Shown here: positions 62,141-64,000 of the stretch, one piece after another | How the letters are laid out: each line of letters starts with the position of its first letter | Position numbering within the stretch: the first letter of the stretch is position 1 | DNA from: a virus | Virus record (IMG/VR): IMGVR_UViG_3300030329_003925 | Location: 13,220 to 77,219 of that record | Strand: one strand, 5' to 3' | DNA length: 64,000 bases | Program-made: the position numbers and the translations under genes | The notes under the pieces: model-generated | Told to the model about the DNA's origin: nothing | What the model saw: the letters and a program-made list of their open reading frames with translations, nothing else | The model's database searches: none

Positions 62141-64000
62141 TTAAAGGTTTATTTCACATGCCCCGCCAGCACACGCCAACTCGCCCTGTAGGTCGGTGTT
62201 GTCTTGAGACTCGCTTACGTTTTCGAGATTGACCATCTCCAAGCTCTTCATCATTCGCTGGTAGGTCAACTCGTCGCACTCCTCAAACGGTGCTTGAACG
62301 TAGGTTCCTCCATCATGAGGAAGAACAGAAAGACCGTTGTAGCAGGCTTTATTTTCCCACATCCACTCGCCAACAGAATCCCACTCATCTTCCTTGATGG
62401 TGATGGTCGCGCTGACGTTGTGCGTGTTCTGCCCCTTGCGGTGACCATTCTTTACCCATTGGGTGCTAACCTTCTTGACTCTTTCAAGAAGATCCAGCGC
62501 CGACTCAGAGCGCAAAATTGCACCCTCGGGGGCTTTCTGAGGCACCGAGATAACTGCGGTATCATGAGGGCGGAAATATTCATCTTCCACCAACTCGGGA
62601 TGGCTCTCCGCTAAATAGTTATAAATTGCCTCGTTCTTTCCGACCCGAATGCGACGGATATAATAGGGTGCGTGCCATGCGTGGATACCTGACGATGTGC
62701 CCAAAGTGAGCGAGGTCGTGCCTGCTGGCTTAACACATGTGGTTCGTGCAGCAGGATTGATGCCAAGCAACTCAGCCACCCTAATGTTTTCTTCTTTGAC
62801 CACTTTTGCAGCCGCCTTCATGTCAAATTCAAGAACTGCACCTGAAGCGATCCCTGTCATGGATACGCCGATGAGAGCATCTCTCTCGGTTGTGCGCTGC
62901 CACACTGGACGCAGATAGTGAAAGTCTGTGTAAGACGCCTGAAGTGTCCCGATAAAGGCTGCTGCTCTCACTCTCTCTTCATACTCCTCTTGGGAGGTTA
63001 TGTCGGAAACATTGACCTCGGTCAAATTACAGAACTGGTAAGGGCGCAGTGCAATCTCACAACAGGGGTTGGTTCCCCAGTCTTTGTCGTAAGTGAAGTA
63101 AAAGCCGGGTTCTCCCGCTCCACTTGCACGAACACGCTCCCACAGGTCCGAAAAGAACTCCTTGGTAATCATGTGGCGCATCAGTACGATGGAGTTGTTT
63201 GCGCGACCACGTTGCGGATTCTTTTCCCACCAAGCCCCAGCCTTACAGCCAATCATCTCGTCATCTTCAGCCGAGAAAAGGGAGATGAGCGCGGCGCGTC
63301 GGATGCCTCCTGCGAGGACTGCATCTGCGATGTAGCACACCATGTCATGAACTTCTAGGGGGCTCAGTTTGTCGCCATTCTCCTTAGCCTCCAGCATCCC
63401 CTCCAGTTTCAAAAGACATTCTTTGAGGGGCTGTGGACCGGGCGCTTTGCCGCCAGAAGTTACTAATCTTGCCCCCTTGGGGCGAATATCTGAGAAGTCG
63501 AAACGCAGCTTAGAAGTGCCACGGAAATAAGACATGACAAGAGCCTTAACGGCATCAGCCCACCCCTCAATAGAGTCTCCAACCAGATAGCGATAAGTTC
63601 GCTTGCCGCTGGGCTTTAGGATTTCTGGCAGCTTCTCGACGTGATGCCTTTGCACCGAATACCCGACACCTGTGCCTCCCAAGAGCAAAAACATAATCTC
63701 GCCAAAACTGCGTGCATCGTCGATAGGCAGATAGGCACAATTAAAAATACGATTTGGTGCCACCTCAATCGGCTTACCCCCAAACTGCATCGAGCGCATA
63801 GAAGGCAAAACCTGCTTGTCGTACACATATTTGTATGCACTCTCAATCTCAGATTTTAGCTTGGGATATTTTTTGAGGTGCATCTTCTTGTTTCGATCCA
63901 CCAACTCTTTGTATAATTCGCGCCGGTTCTTGCGTTCTAAGAAGCGGGCGTACTTCATGTGAACCGTGATGTTTGATAAAATTTGTGTTGAGACTTCCAT
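62141..64000 (-). CDS. nrdJ: Class II (adenosylcobalamin-dependent) ribonucleotide reductase
   Basis: FNCA, GGIRRAALI, TNPCCEI...FCNL, VKPAGT, C-terminal CAGGAC; ATG at the window edge. Confidence 0.92.
   Translation of the reverse strand: MEVSTQILSNITVHMKYARFLERKNRRELYKELVDRNKKMHLKKYPKLKSEIESAYKYVYDKQVLPSMRSMQFGGKPIEVAPNRIFNCAYLPIDDARSFGEIMFLLLGGTGVGYSVQRHHVEKLPEILKPSGKRTYRYLVGDSIEGWADAVKALVMSYFRGTSKLRFDFSDIRPKGARLVTSGGKAPGPQPLKECLLKLEGMLEAKENGDKLSPLEVHDMVCYIADAVLAGGIRRAALISLFSAEDDEMIGCKAGAWWEKNPQRGRANNSIVLMRHMITKEFFSDLWERVRASGAGEPGFYFTYDKDWGTNPCCEIALRPYQFCNLTEVNVSDITSQEEYEERVRAAAFIGTLQASYTDFHYLRPVWQRTTERDALIGVSMTGIASGAVLEFDMKAAAKVVKEENIRVAELLGINPAARTTCVKPAGTTSLTLGTSSGIHAWHAPYYIRRIRVGKNEAIYNYLAESHPELVEDEYFRPHDTAVISVPQKAPEGAILRSESALDLLERVKKVSTQWVKNGHRKGQNTHNVSATITIKEDEWDSVGEWMWENKACYNGLSVLPHDGGTYVQAPFEECDELTYQRMMKSLEMVNLENVSESQDNTDLQGELACAGGACEINL

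Noticed and set aside
1-64000. Genome-wide stop-codon reassignment
   Set aside because: Conserved genes are intact in code 11, and TGA, TAG and TAA all terminate genes, including many ATGA overlaps.

Overview
This is a 64-kb segment of a large (jumbo-type) dsDNA bacteriophage genome, with essentially all genes on the minus strand. The host is probably a Gram-negative deltaproteobacterial-type bacterium (Myxococcota/Bdellovibrionota-like); this is an inference from the lipoprotein content. There are four blocks. (1) ~1-18.7 kb is a late-type block with lysis genes, lipoproteins, CysK, a CCA-adding enzyme and many unrelated proteins sharing N-terminal leaders (MKLLxENWxxFLxE or MKITKxQLKQIIKEEL). 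(2) ~19.7-34.4 kb is an early block with about ten sigma70-like promoters, ~20 small 'VGDLV' SH3/KOW-like genes, a MoxR-VWA pair, 3 tRNAs, 3 candidate ncRNAs and a strand-polarised ATTTGTAAC motif. (3) ~34.4-40.5 kb is a second cluster of leader-bearing genes. (4) ~40.5-64 kb holds chaperone, metabolism and replication genes: Hsp20, GroEL/ES, Mom-like, ClpP, GMPR/IMPDH, GSII, dUTPase, DnaE, Trx, Grx, ThyX and class II RNR. The most notable observations are a candidate phage selenoprotein (in-frame UGA at 7035-7037 followed 11 nt later by a SECIS-like hairpin), a putative leader-tagged virion cargo set that includes an RNA-end repair toolkit, and a cassette-like array of small SH3-like genes joined by a conserved junction sequence. 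All functional calls come from motif recognition by eye; no database searches were run.
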